NCBI RefSeq assembly: GCF_052425735.1
Contig: NC_135770.1
Coordinates: forward strand, 37,634,001-37,698,000
Length of the DNA: 64,000 nucleotides
Direction of reading: 5' to 3'
Origin: Oculina patagonica
Lineage: Eukaryota
Part shown: positions 52,501 through 64,000 of the stretch, piece by piece
Position numbering within the stretch: the stretch's first letter is position 1
Layout of the letters: every line of letters starts with the position of its first letter
Translations under genes and position numbers: made by a program
The notes under the pieces: model-generated
What the model was told of the DNA's origin: nothing
Seen by the model: only the letters and a program-made list of their open reading frames with translations
Database searches by the model: none

Positions 52501-55500
52501 AAACAATCAGAACTTGATAACACACACTCAGAACTGACCTACTAATATTCCGAGTAGCTGGTGGAGTATTGGGAATAGCTGGCGAAATGTGCCAGTTGCC
52601 GGCTTATTTTGACAACCCTGATAGACTCTGTCAAACCCTGTAGATCATACTTTTTGTGTGTTTTAATTGATTTCATGATAAATGAAACTCCAAAAGGATA
52701 ATTCATTTCTACCTGAGCGGTACGTCAAATCTCCCATTATGGATGCTCCTGTCCTTTTCAGTCGCCACCTCTTTCGTAACATCATAAGCTCAGAATGAAA
52801 ATCTTTTGCACTGCCTCCCTGCCTTGAGTTTTGATCTGCTCTTTCTCTCACTGCGTCTTCCATTCTCTGAGCTCCTCGGAGCAGAATATCTGCAGCATTG
52901 GCTAGACTCTACAAAAATAAAATGGTTGAAGCCCATTAACACTCATTCAATTTTAAAGAAGTGTCGCCATTGTGTAGATATCAAAAACCTGAGTTTGACA
53001 CTTGTACAGTACATTGCATAGATAAGCTCTTCAGCCGCTGGGCCAGAACAAATTGGGACAATAATCTACATCTACTGTCACAAGAACACTGTATACGTTA
53101 CCAACAAGGGTAAAATTGAGCCACAATTTATATCTGTTGGGGTTTAAACTTATCTTTGGTATAACATTTTGCAAACCAGTTTGATTTTAAGTTTTCATCT
53201 GGAACAGAGTGAAATAAAAAGCAACCTGGATTGATAAATGTTAAACCAAGGATGAATTTAAACCACGTATATATCCAACCCAATGGTATGTGAAAACAAA
53301 GAAGCAACCAAAAACTAAAACAGCATAAAGAGCTTTCTGTGTTTCTTTACCAACCTTCTTTTTAGTAATCATAGAGAGGGTTGGTTTAGGTGTGGCTTGG
53401 TTTTGAGAGACTGGGTCCAACACCATGTACTTCTTGTCGCGAACAACATTTAACACATCCGATAATACACAGACCTCAGTTAATGACTTCCTGGAAAGAA
53501 GCAAACAGTGCTTAGATTAGAATTACTCTTTGAGTGACTACTGATTGATCATCAATAATACCGTTACTTGCATCTAAGCGTAAACACGAGCCGCCGAAAC
53601 ATGATCTAATTGGGTATCAAACATGGCATGTTTCGTCATGAAACATTGAAGTTTAGCAGACCGTAACGGCAACTTTCACGCTCAAAATGCTCACCATAAA
53701 CACTGAGAACAGGCAAAACTTTGCACCAGAAGTGATTCAAGTGAACCTGCAAATGCATATCGACACAGATCAGGATCAATTTGTCAAAGGAAGTCTTGAT
53801 ATCCAATCTTTCCGCCATTTCGACTGTTTCGAAACTGGAATGTGTTGAAGTTTCGACGCGAAAGTCGCCGTTACGGTCTGCTAAACTTCAAACGTTTGAT
53901 GACCAATCATGCCACTTTTGATACCCAATTAGATCATGTTTCGGTGGCACGTGTTCACGCTTAGATGCAAGCGACGGTAATAATAATAATCAGTTTCTAA
54001 TCAACACCAATTATCTACTTTTAGAGCATTTTTTGATTGAGTGTCATAATGAGGATTTTTACAAAGTAAAACTAAAACCAAAGCAAATTAATCAGTCTGG
54101 CTGATCACTATGGACATCGATAATCCTGTGAATCAATCAAAATTTAAAGCAAATACATGTAGCCAGCAAGAAGCATGGAAAATCATGTGTGAGCGAGTTA
54201 CGATTGGTTTTGGTTTTACTTCTGATTGGTTGTAAGGTGGTGTGAGTTTTTTACACCAATCACTAAGGGTAGTGGAGCAAAACCAAAGCAAATGCATATT
54301 ACTTTCAACACTGAAGTGAAAATTGCTCTATTGATTGGCACATTTTGATTTATTGCTTTTCCTATCATCAATTTTAGTTGATTGCATACACTAGAGTCTC
54401 TTACCTCAAGTTTTCTCTGACAGAATCCCAAGGCCACAGTGATGGTTGAAATGTTACAAGAGATTTCTCCTCATCCTCCTTATCGCCATCTTCTTCATGT
54501 CCCTTCACGTCTGATAAAAAGTCTATTTTGTGCGCCAACTTGGCCAGCTTCTCTGACATAGATAGCTGACTGATAATATAAAAGAAAATAAGTAAATAAA
54601 CAAATAAATGAATGACTAAATAATAGTAAGAGCAGTTTTCAATTGAGTGTTGTAAAACCAAAACCAAAGTAATCACTCTGGCCAATCACAAAGGACACAG
54701 ACAATCCAGTGAACCAATCAAAATTTGAAGCAAATACAAATAGCTGGCACAAAGCCCAGGAAAACGTGCGCGAGCGAGACACAATAGCCAATTCCCTCTT
54801 TAGCGCGCACCTGCAGGGAATCACGGTAGTTGTATTCATCAAACCATGCGCGAGACTCAGCAACAATGCACATTGCTGAGCCTCGCGCAGGGTTTGATGA
54901 ATACAACTACCGTGATTCCCTGCAGGCGCGCGCTATAGAGGGAATCGGCTATTGGTTTTGGTTTTAGTTTTGATTGGCTGAGAAAGTGGCACAAGATTTT
55001 TAAACCAATCACTAAGCGTAGTAAAGCTAAACTGCAAACGCAAATTACTTTCGACACTCAAGTGAAAACCGCTCTATTGGACTGAGTGGAGTACAATTTA
55101 GGGAGTAATCAGGCGAGTAATGTGCGAATGGCATAGGTCTCCAATTACAGATATCCAATTTGAAGTTGTTCAAATTGGATACCTGTAATTGGACACCCAC
55201 ATCATCGCACGCCACAAATAGACGCCCACAGAACCAATCAAAATCGAGGAATTTTGTTATAGATACGGTTATAATAATTTTAATAATAATAATAACAATA
55301 ACAATAACAATAATAATAATAATAATAAATTATTTTTCGTTTGTCTCACGACGTAGTCACGTGTGATGGAGATCGCGACGTTTCGACTGCACACTGCTAG
55401 TCTTCATCAGGCGATAAGGTTGACTGGTTGTGTGTGAACTTATAAAGCACGCTGCTGCGCTGTGATTGGTTGGTTTTCAACAGCTGTGAATTGGTGCATT

Positions 55501-56447
55501 TCGATCCTCGCTGTTTCTGTGTCCTGTTGTTCCCTCAGCGGTCCGCTGTCGTACAGTTCTCCTGTTGTTGTGTTTTTTGATCGTGGGCATCCATGCTTCA
55601 GGAATTTCAATTCCATTATCCCTGTTGATATTATTAGGGTGAAGTCTTATGTGAATTGCCTCTTTGACCCTGCGTTTGTACCAGTGTGGGTCACGATCAA
55701 TAAACTTTACCTCGTTCCAAAGCGGGTAGTGTCCAGTGTTGTTGGTGTGTTCTGCAACGGCAGAGGTCTGGGTACGGGCGAGTCAGATGTCCCGGTCGTG
55801 TTCTTTGATCCTGTCTTGCATAGGTCTTCCCGTCTCACCGATGTAAACTTTGCCACATTCACAGGGAATTCTGTAAACAACGCCATCTTGCTTAGTGGAA
55901 TCAACAGCGTCTTTCGGCCGTACTAGGTGTGATTGTAGTGTGGTTTCCAACTTGAAAACAGCCCGCACGCCTTGTTGTTGTAGGCAGCGGCGAAGTTGTT
56001 CGGAAAGGCCTTTGACGTTACATTTTTACATTATTACATTATTATTATTACATTAATAATAATAACTTAATTTTTAATGTCATTTAATATCAAAACAACT
56101 ACCCATGAATGATGTACCTGACTACTTCATAGAAAAATTTGAGGATCGGACAGTAAAAACTTAAGGTTTGGATCATTTTCCTGGTTAGTCTTAAAAATGT
56201 GAAAAACTCTAATTGTACTTTGCGATCAAGAAAATAATGGGCGCAATTGCAGGTTCTTCATAAGAGTTCCGTGCAATGCCATAGACACTATTGTTATGCG
56301 AAATAACTTGGGAGGAATATAAAATATTTTGTGTAGCCAAAATAATACTCACGGCACATATTTCTCCTGTCCATCTCTAGAAATCTCTTCCACTTCATTC
56401 TCTAGAAGGCTTTCAATCGCGATGTCCACCGCCAAACGAGACGCCAT
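46564..56447 (-). CDS. MED17: Mediator of RNA polymerase II transcription subunit 17, 634 aa, 14 exons
   Basis: Exons 56447-56353, 54569-54405, 53490-53355, 52908-52713, 52235-52044, 51432-51326, 50836-50765, 50656-50585, 49804-49602, 48870-48814, 48411-48274, 47692-47578, 47136-46988, 46771-46564; all GT-AG, 1905 nt in frame. Diagnostic [94 protein letters not shown]. Confidence 0.96.
52444..52620. mobile_element. Small CAGGG MITE in a MED17 intron
   Basis: cagggttgtcaa...ttgacaaccctg; flanks ACAGAC and ATAGAC (6-bp TSD with one mismatch). Confidence 0.6.
53561..53977. mobile_element. Long-TIR (~130 bp) MITE with TA TSD (Tc1/mariner-like) in a MED17 intron
   Basis: TA|ccgttacttgcatctaagcgtaaacacg...cgtgttcacgcttagatgcaagcgacgg|TA. 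Confidence 0.8.
54783..54953. mobile_element. Near-perfect ~170-bp palindromic element nested in the MITE at 54628-55076
   Basis: aatagccaattccctct...ctcagcaa caatgcaca ttgctgag...agagggaatcggctatt interrupts the MITE consensus. Confidence 0.85.
55340..56018 (-). mobile_element. 5'-truncated Penelope-like retroelement (GIY-YIG endonuclease remnant)
   Basis: [20 protein letters not shown]...RIKEH...SAVAEH...HYPLW...RRVKEAIHI...NRDNG, with an in-frame stop at 55783; flanked by (AAT)/(ATT) microsatellites. Confidence 0.9.
55372..55415 (-). ncRNA. Minimal type I hammerhead ribozyme in the Penelope-like terminal repeat
   Basis: Minus strand AUCGC-CUGAUGA-a-GACU-agcagugugc-AGUC-GAAAC-GUC-GCGAU: stem I, core, stem II, palindromic stem III and GUC site. 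Confidence 0.8.
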
Positions 56448-56555
56448 TTTGAAAACAGGAAGTCGCCGTTTCGCGCATGTTCCCTACAGTCGACGCATGA
56501 AGAATCGCAATTCGCGGGCTCGTACATGCAGGTGTGCAGAAAAACATGGCGACTG
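56440..56555. promoter_or_regulatory. Probable bidirectional CpG-rich promoter of MED17
   Basis: Divergent aaaATGGCG (56447, -) and aacATGGCG (56546, +) YY1-like motifs; ETS-like caggaagt and gcgcatg motif between them; strong donor AAG|GTGAGT at 56636/56637. Confidence 0.5.
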
Positions 56556-57254
56556 TGGCGGCGTTTCATCGTTTCAACAGCTGGGCGTAAAGAGTTTTCC
56601 ATGTTGGAGTCGAGTTTAGTATATTGCGCTCATAAGGTGAGTTTATTTAAAGCCTATAACTGTTTATTTATCACACAATCTACATGACCTCTCATAATCT
56701 TACGGGTTAGAGGCTTTTTTGTCACATTCAAAGAAAAATCCGAACAAACTTCGGCGGCGCGTGCGGCTTCCACATGTTTTGAAAACGTTCTTTTTCAAAC
56801 GTAGGATTTTCGAAGTGTTTAATTTTTTAAAGTCCTCGTGTGCCGCTTTATGTTAATTATTGCAAAACCATTGAGGAATTCCGAATACAAATTTAACAGT
56901 AAACATGTACATGTATTTTTTTCAAACATAAGACACAAACAAAAAATAAAATAAGACTTACATAAGCTTAAAGGCTGGTAGCATACAGAATAAAAAAACA
57001 ATGTATATATTTTACAATATTCAGGTGAGATTGCATTTCAAAGTTTATGACTTATTTTAACATGTACATGTATGTACAATGTCAGGTTTGGTGCCCAGCT
57101 TTCAAGATACATATACACAGTCACTGTATGGCCGTTTACTTTAAAAGTGATAATTCCTGCTGTAAATCTTTCTCTTTCAATATACAGCAGACTCCTGTAT
57201 GAGTCATTTTCTGTGTTAGATCGATAATACAGTGTAATTATTGCAACTGACTAC

Positions 57255-58619
57255 CAGCCCGCGTAACAAGCATAAAAAGGGTGAGGGGGTAGTAGGAGGA
57301 GGGTTGAGGGAATTAGCGGAATGAAGACAGAGGAGGGGGTGGGAAGAAGGGAAGGAAACGCCTGCTATAAATACCCCGATTGGTTCATTTCTGCGGTCAC
57401 TGGCGGCCGCAAAATTTCAATTCGCTAATCGTACAATGGGGGGTTCTACGGGTTTGTGAAGCAACAAAATGAAAACCAATAATGCCAAGCAAAGGGTCAT
57501 CGGAGAATTTGGCTAAACAACATTCATATACATCATTGGTCTCTTTAAGGATCTAACGCATAGGAAAGGCCAGCCATTTGCTTATTGCTTCAGCAAAATT
57601 AGAAGCGCAGCACTTTGACACTTTGCAGTATGCTATACCACAGCGACAGGGTCTTCACATTTAAACAAGAAGTTCCGGTATAAAAGGGGCCTGGCCTGGC
57701 CATTCTCACGCCCAGTTGTCAGTCAATCATGAAAGGGTAAACAACTGGCAAACAATCTGCGTATTTTTCACAACTGTTACTGATAAAATGTGATTCATTT
57801 TTGATAGGAGTATTCTGTCAAACGTTAGGGAGTTATTTTTCATATTTTTGTCAATGATATTTCTTGGTTTTATGAGATTTTGAAGCATGTTAAGCTTGAA
57901 GGATGCTCAGCATCACAACGTGCCACGACTGCAAAAGTACAAATTTGCATTTCGCGCCCGAGAAGTGTGAAATGTGGGAGGTGCCATCCCTTTTATAGTG
58001 GAACTTCTTGTTTAAAACACATTTGCTCTTGTTGGAATATCACAGACATCATTTGCTCTTGTTATTTCATAGGATGTATAGCACAGAGTTCTAATCCAGC
58101 AATTTTTTGTCTTATTCGCCGTCGCAGTGATTTGCGACAATCGAACAATTTATTGAGTGTGATGACGTAAAGGTCAAAGCATATTGCATCATGAACCATT
58201 TTAGTTGTGTTTGTACTGCCAACATTATAGCAGCCGCCCACAAGTTCAAACTTTAGCATTTGGAACCGCTTTTCTCTTCAACTGGTCATTTTGTCCTGTT
58301 TTAGTGGTCTTTTGTAGAACGTTTTAGAAAACATCGATTTTGTTTTTTGTTGATTTAATTTTATCATATCCCGTAGAGAGCATACGTGATGGTTGCGCAT
58401 TCTGTTTCCAATCGGTAACAGTGAAGAGCAATTGATTTTTGACAGACATAATCGTTAAAAAACCTCAGTGTGCAGTCTCAGTGTCACTGACCTAGCCCTT
58501 AATTCAATTACCAAAAAGAAGTGGACAGAAATGCAAAAAAAGCTGCTTTTGTTGCAGGAGTTCCCTTCCCTTTTTTGCCCCTTTCCCCCTTCCCCTTTTT
58601 GCGCCTGCTACCCAGGCTA
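57255..58619. mobile_element. ~1.36-kb non-autonomous DNA transposon with 8-bp TSD
   Basis: CTGACTAC|cagcccgcgtaacaagc...gcctgctacccaggcta|CTGACTAC; purine and pyrimidine subterminal tracts mirror each other. Confidence 0.7.
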
Positions 58620-60256
58620 CTGACTACAATCAGCATCCATGAAGTCTCTTTACCTGAAGAGTTAAGAGTAACCTCCTCAGAGCTTGAAGGCAATGGCTCT
58701 TTCACATAGAATAAAAGTCACTTTGTTTGTGAGTGTTAAATTAGAAATCCTCACAGGACTTAAAAATGGTCAGGTGGTCTTCTAAAATCTTGACAAAAAT
58801 CTCATGCCTTTGACTCGGAAAAAGTTGCCCTGGCTTTGTTTCCTACAGACGGACCTATGTTGTGCCACAAAACACCAAAGAGCTCTAAGTGAGCCAAGGA
58901 TAGTCAAGATTGAGAACAATAAAATGGATTATGGATAATAAACTTGAAAAATGTAGACTTTATTTTTCAAGACGTTTTAACTTTGACCCGCATTATTGTT
59001 GTAGCTTCTTGAACCTTCTTGTAAATAAATAAACAGCAATTTGCAGTGGCATATCCACAGGGTGCCTCTTCATCCACTGTGTAGTTCTGAGATAGGGTCT
59101 CAGTTTTGCAGGGTTTACTTTTCCTATAATTTTCAAATCAAAATTGAACATTTTGGCGTGAGCTGTATTTTTTCTTTTTTTTTTTTTTTTTTTTTTTTCT
59201 AGAAAGAACCTACAAACTTGGGGGGGGGGGGGAATCTTGCCTAAAGGTGATGCAACAAATTATGCTGAACTGGATTTGTTTAGATTTAATTTGTTAATAG
59301 ATTTTCTCTGTAATGATAATATTGTTGTAGTAAAAACAGTCAATATGTGTTATCAGTTTGTTTTGGGTGAAAAGAAAAGAAACATTATTCCAGTGCAAAT
59401 TCTCCTTATTTCCAAGGCAATATTCAAGTGAAGTCAAGTTATTCCCTCAATTGGGTCATGTTACAAAATTATGTGAGCTTATGATTTTGTGTTGCCCTGG
59501 AGCAATTTTTTGAAATGATATATCATGATTCAAACAACATAATAAACTGATAAAGGTTGTTAGCCTTTTACTCAACAAAGTTTTTTCTACAATATATAAT
59601 ATATTTATTTAAATTTTCACATCAAACGGAAGTTGTACTTTAGCTCACAGTATTTTTAGACATGATGTTAATTCTGTTTACTTTCGGATTCTTATGCCTT
59701 GATTACCAGTTCCAGTTGATAAATTGTCATTTATGCTAATCGCCTTCTCAGGTGGTTCAACTTTCTATAAAACAAAGATGAATTTGCATGCGGTCGGTGA
59801 AATATTATTATTAAACAGAGTCAGAAGAAACAAAACCATGCCCCCTCGTATTGTTAAATTGTGACACATTGCGATAGGAATTAATCTTTGTATAGAAAAT
59901 TGGCAACATGACACTGAATACAAAATGCTTTTAATTGATGATATCATTTGTTTATTATTTTTAAAAACATCACGTCCTGTTTTATATCATCTATTTACAG
60001 ACTAGATCTGTCGCTGAGTGAAGGCAGTGAAAGCTAAAGATCAATCATTCGAGGCGATCATGCGGAACCAATAAGCTCGTGGCGTGAGTGAAGTCAGCTG
60101 GAAAACCTGTCACGTGACCTGATAAGAAAACAACACTCAAACGCTATTGTGTAGTTGATTCAAATCAAACATGTACGAAGCGCAATCAAACACCGGTCGC
60201 CTTCAACAGTAAAAATAAATCGTTTTTAAATCCTCCTGGACGTATTTTTGGACATC

Positions 60257-63200
60257 ATGGATGGCTTATACCTTAAAATAACCCAGGATTTTACACCTGA
60301 CGCGAAGGAAGCGAGGTTCGGTGGCAAAGACTCGCCGATGGCGGTGGAAAAAGGCGATATTATTTTTGACGTTCGTAAACGCGGGGACGGATGGATGTAC
60401 GGCAAGAATTTAAACAGTGGAAAGGTGGGAAAATTTCCTGAGAGTTGCGCGGCGAAACTTACTGGAAATAACAAAAATGGGAGCGGTTCGGGAAGTCCAG
60501 ACTCGAGCAAGAAAGATGACAAAAAAGATGAGAAAAAACCTGCTGTAAATAACGAATCAGGCAAAGAGAAACCCGCGTGGCTTCAAAATCGAACTAATAC
60601 GCCTACTGCTAAGAAAACGCCGCTTTATCCAAAACCTTTTGCCGGAAATTTGAGGCAACCGCAAGAAAAAGAGAAAGAAGAGAGGAAGGAAACATCGGGC
60701 GATTCAGGAGTTGTAGAAGATTCTCCAGATGGAAATTATTGTAATGATGAAAAGCCAACGAACCGAGACGCTTCGAAAACCGGAAATACTGTCAAGGATG
60801 ATAAACAGGAGCCAAAGATTGTGCCGAGATCGCTTCAGACAGCTCACAAACAGAAACCAGAAGCTGAAGCGGCTGAAACTGAGAACGAACGAGTTAAGGC
60901 GATCGGAAGGCCTTTCAGATTGAACTTACTCAAGAGTGGTGAAGGTTCAAAACCGACTGAACCGAAAGCCGTGCCGCGACTGCTAGACACGAAGACAACG
61001 CCAGCAGCGAAAGACACTCCGCGATCACTGCCTACGCCACAGAAAGATTTGAACGAAGACGAAAACTACGAACCGGTTGAAAAAAGCGAGGAGAAAAGAC
61101 CACAGACGAAAGAAACGCCAAAGCCTGCTCAACCGAAGGAAGAACCCAAAACAGCTGATATTAAAGCGGCTAAAATTAATCCGATAGATAACTCGAAGAA
61201 AGTTGGCGAGAAAAATCAATCAAACGTGACCAAGACGGGCGCTGCTGGGGGCGCTGGGGTTAATATTCAAGAAAACCCTCTGTCGAAAGACGAAGCTAGT
61301 ATTTATCAAGTCCCGAACGTCGTCGGTCCTCCAAAACCTGCCCGATCAAGTGTACCAGGCTGTTCAGAGTGCAACGAACCTCATATCTACGACACTCCGA
61401 TGCATTACAAAACTCCACCTTCATCTCCATCGACGGATAAGCGAGATAAATATGAACCGACCGCCGAGAAACAGAAAGACGAAAAATATAAAAGCAAAGG
61501 CGGCTCGACAAGTCTGAAGCCAACATCGTCTGTGATAAGGAAAACCAAAGAGCAAATGAAGCACAGAATGGCTTCATACGAGAGTATTGAAGCTGAGGGA
61601 AGGCGATCCACAGAAAGCATCAAAGATGCGGTGCGCGCAGTGAATGAAACCAAAGAGAAGTTACTCGCGCCGAACAAGCGACCGAAGCTACGAATTTTAA
61701 TGGGCATGCTTTTAGGATTATTGCTGGGTGTGTTCATATTTTTGACGTTATATCTCTTGGCTCATTTACACGTTGTCGTGTGCATCGTTGCCGCTCTGTT
61801 GATCGGTTTTGTTGTGGCTACAATATTCGGTTTTCTTGACAAGACGCGTCTACAATGCATCGCGTTACTGGTCTTCCCGAGCTTGTTTGCCTCGGGTGGA
61901 AAAATTTCGCTTTGGTTGCTAATCACGTTTTTCATCGTTTCCGGCCCAATGTGCAATTTCATTGACAATGTACGCATCGTCGCACAAAGTAGAGGCTGTC
62001 TAATGACAATGGACAATAACTTAGCAGACAATGAGAGCGCTAATCTGTCGGCATTTGTCTTGTTGGATGAAAACAATCGTGTCCTTGTACAACGTGTACA
62101 AATGTACGAGAACATTTCGCGCGAGCTGCAGGATTACATTAAAAATGCTCTGCTGTCATCATCTGATCGCCAAGATAAATCGCTTAGAGATAATAATTCA
62201 TCTGAGGTCATTTGCATGAGCTCTCTTCGTCGCGCTCACAACATCTGCTCAAGTGAGGTCGACAACATGTACACCAAGTGTACACAACTGAACGCTTCTC
62301 CGAGAAACCCGCAAAACTGCGAGTTCCTAACACCGAGGAATGCGTGCGATCATCTCTCCGACGCTCAAATCCGAGAAACGTGCGAAGACGTAAACAGCGC
62401 GAATAACCGCACGTTATGGCAAATTAAGAACATTGCGGAACGGAGCCCTGCGCGAATGAGAACAATAGACAAGCCCTCGGACAATGATCACACTACTATC
62501 ATGGCAGGGGAGCCTTGTGAATTTGTCAAGATCGTCGCAATGCTATTGCCTTTGCTAGCGTTCCTTGTGCTGTATGAGGCGTACAGATACCATAAACTCT
62601 ATCTATCCTGCAACGAGTTTGACAACCATTTTCTTACGCTTCGCTTCAAGTCGATCGAGGACATGCGCAAGTCGAGTGGAGCCGCTGACCTGCTGGTACC
62701 GCTGAAAAAAGCCGAGCTTCAGAAATTTGTTCAACCAACTGCCTGCCAACTGGCTGAGGCTGAGAAGAGAAGCATGCTCAAGTATTTGCTGTTTTACTTC
62801 ATTTACTTGATCTTCGCACTGATGATTGTCCTGCTGGATCATTATTTCTATGTTGTTATCACCAGCGAGGAGCCGCAGTCCAATATATCCAAGAGGTGTA
62901 ATGGAAATCTCAAGAGGTTGGATGAGGCGTATGTTATCGTCATATCCACCCTGCTTGGAATCTTACTGTTGATTATCCTGCTTCAAGCTTTCATCCTTCG
63001 CTTGCGCCGTTTGATCTCCTCACGTTTCTATCCTAGAAGAGAGAGAAAACGCATCGCGTACCTTTACTACAAACTTCTTGAAGAACGCAAGACATTCTAC
63101 AAGTCTGTCATTGAAAACATGAACAACTTCTCCGAAGAAACAGAAATGCTCAATAGACTGGACGCAGTGTTGGTTCTGTGTCATAATTTCAGCTGGATTA

Positions 63201-63442
63201 AAGCCGTGCTCGAGTTTATTGGCGTTAATATTCGCAGGTGCGCTGTGTGCGGTACAGGACTGAACAAAAAGTACCTTTTCTGTGACACCGAGGATTGTGA
63301 TGTCATCTACTGCCGAACGTGCTTCTGGGACCTGGAAAACAAGTGTCTGGGGTGCATGCGCAGTAGCAAGATGACGTCGCGTTCGTCGAGCTTGAGTGGC
63401 CAATCACAGAAGAGGAAGAACGATTACGTCAAACCTGTTTGA
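60257..63442 (+). CDS. SH3 + disordered Tyr/Pro-rich region + DC-STAMP (DCST1/2-like) multipass domain + C-terminal RING-like finger; single exon, 1061 aa
   Basis: First ATG at 60257. N-terminal QDF...VEKGDII...DGWMYGKN..SGKVGKFPES (SH3). TM cluster with RLQCIALLVFPSLF..GK and GPMCNFIDN; YL..EFDNHFLT.RF...PLKKAE; LRLRRLISSRFYP.RERKRI.YLY; CAVCG...C....C..IYCRTC..DLENKCLGC. Confidence 0.9.
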   Translation: MDGLYLKITQDFTPDAKEARFGGKDSPMAVEKGDIIFDVRKRGDGWMYGKNLNSGKVGKFPESCAAKLTGNNKNGSGSGSPDSSKKDDKKDEKKPAVNNESGKEKPAWLQNRTNTPTAKKTPLYPKPFAGNLRQPQEKEKEERKETSGDSGVVEDSPDGNYCNDEKPTNRDASKTGNTVKDDKQEPKIVPRSLQTAHKQKPEAEAAETENERVKAIGRPFRLNLLKSGEGSKPTEPKAVPRLLDTKTTPAAKDTPRSLPTPQKDLNEDENYEPVEKSEEKRPQTKETPKPAQPKEEPKTADIKAAKINPIDNSKKVGEKNQSNVTKTGAAGGAGVNIQENPLSKDEASIYQVPNVVGPPKPARSSVPGCSECNEPHIYDTPMHYKTPPSSPSTDKRDKYEPTAEKQKDEKYKSKGGSTSLKPTSSVIRKTKEQMKHRMASYESIEAEGRRSTESIKDAVRAVNETKEKLLAPNKRPKLRILMGMLLGLLLGVFIFLTLYLLAHLHVVVCIVAALLIGFVVATIFGFLDKTRLQCIALLVFPSLFASGGKISLWLLITFFIVSGPMCNFIDNVRIVAQSRGCLMTMDNNLADNESANLSAFVLLDENNRVLVQRVQMYENISRELQDYIKNALLSSSDRQDKSLRDNNSSEVICMSSLRRAHNICSSEVDNMYTKCTQLNASPRNPQNCEFLTPRNACDHLSDAQIRETCEDVNSANNRTLWQIKNIAERSPARMRTIDKPSDNDHTTIMAGEPCEFVKIVAMLLPLLAFLVLYEAYRYHKLYLSCNEFDNHFLTLRFKSIEDMRKSSGAADLLVPLKKAELQKFVQPTACQLAEAEKRSMLKYLLFYFIYLIFALMIVLLDHYFYVVITSEEPQSNISKRCNGNLKRLDEAYVIVISTLLGILLLIILLQAFILRLRRLISSRFYPRRERKRIAYLYYKLLEERKTFYKSVIENMNNFSEETEMLNRLDAVLVLCHNFSWIKAVLEFIGVNIRRCAVCGTGLNKKYLFCDTEDCDVIYCRTCFWDLENKCLGCMRSSKMTSRSSSLSGQSQKRKNDYVKPV

Positions 63443-64000
63443 GTTCTAACATTGTTCTGAACATCATCTAAATGTATCACAATACTGAATCAGGCGCACT
63501 ACCCAGTAGTTGCTTATCTTGTTGTGCCTAAGAGTGCACTGTCGACAGTTTTGTGCGAGTATTTAATAGAAAGACATGCCTTCCTTTAAATAGAGCGGCC
63601 TTGAGAAACACTGAAAGAGACAACAAGAAACATTTTACGCATATTTTTAATTAGTTTTATTTAAATGTATAAATTCTCAATGCGTTCGGTTCTTGTTGCT
63701 CAAGTTTAAGCGAGACATGAAACTTAAAGTTTAAAGCGTGATAACCAATGGCGTCGCTTGCAGCCTTTTTGAAATTAGAAAATAATTTTATTTGCCAAGA
63801 CAAAAGTTCTTGCTGTATATATAAGAATAAAGGCACAAAAATTAGGAGGCGAAATTTGAGAAGAACTAACTATTTAATGTTTAAGATAAAAGGAAGATTT
63901 CTGAACTGTGAAGAAAATGAGTAGAAAGTAGAAACTTTTCATGCAGGTTAGCAGCCCCTCTTTGCATCGCTTTCGCGCGGAATGCGCACTCAGGTCACGC

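Overview
Eukaryotic, intron-containing, AT-rich animal DNA. The repeat families suggest a stony coral (Scleractinia), which is inference. Most short ORFs in the track are spurious. Genes reconstructed by hand from GT-AG splice sites: three paralogous spliced genes for a tandem two-domain muconolactone-isomerase (CatC/MIase)-like protein (302-2820, 5'-partial; 35587-40247; 41281-45223); two paralogous single-exon class A GPCRs; a nearly intronless SID-1/SIDT-family gene; a 3-exon glyoxylate-reductase-like D-2-hydroxyacid dehydrogenase; a complete 14-exon MED17; and a single-exon SH3 + DC-STAMP + RING-like protein. Introns and intergenic DNA carry many MITEs and SINEs, a Kolobok-type element, a Helitron-like fragment encoding a 2A-like motif plus an OTU protease, a Penelope-like remnant with a minimal hammerhead ribozyme, and a 1.8-kb tandem duplication. 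The most notable candidate for an undescribed system is the intron-bearing, expanded family of bacterial-type MIase domain fusions. Family assignments rest on recalled motifs; no searches were run.
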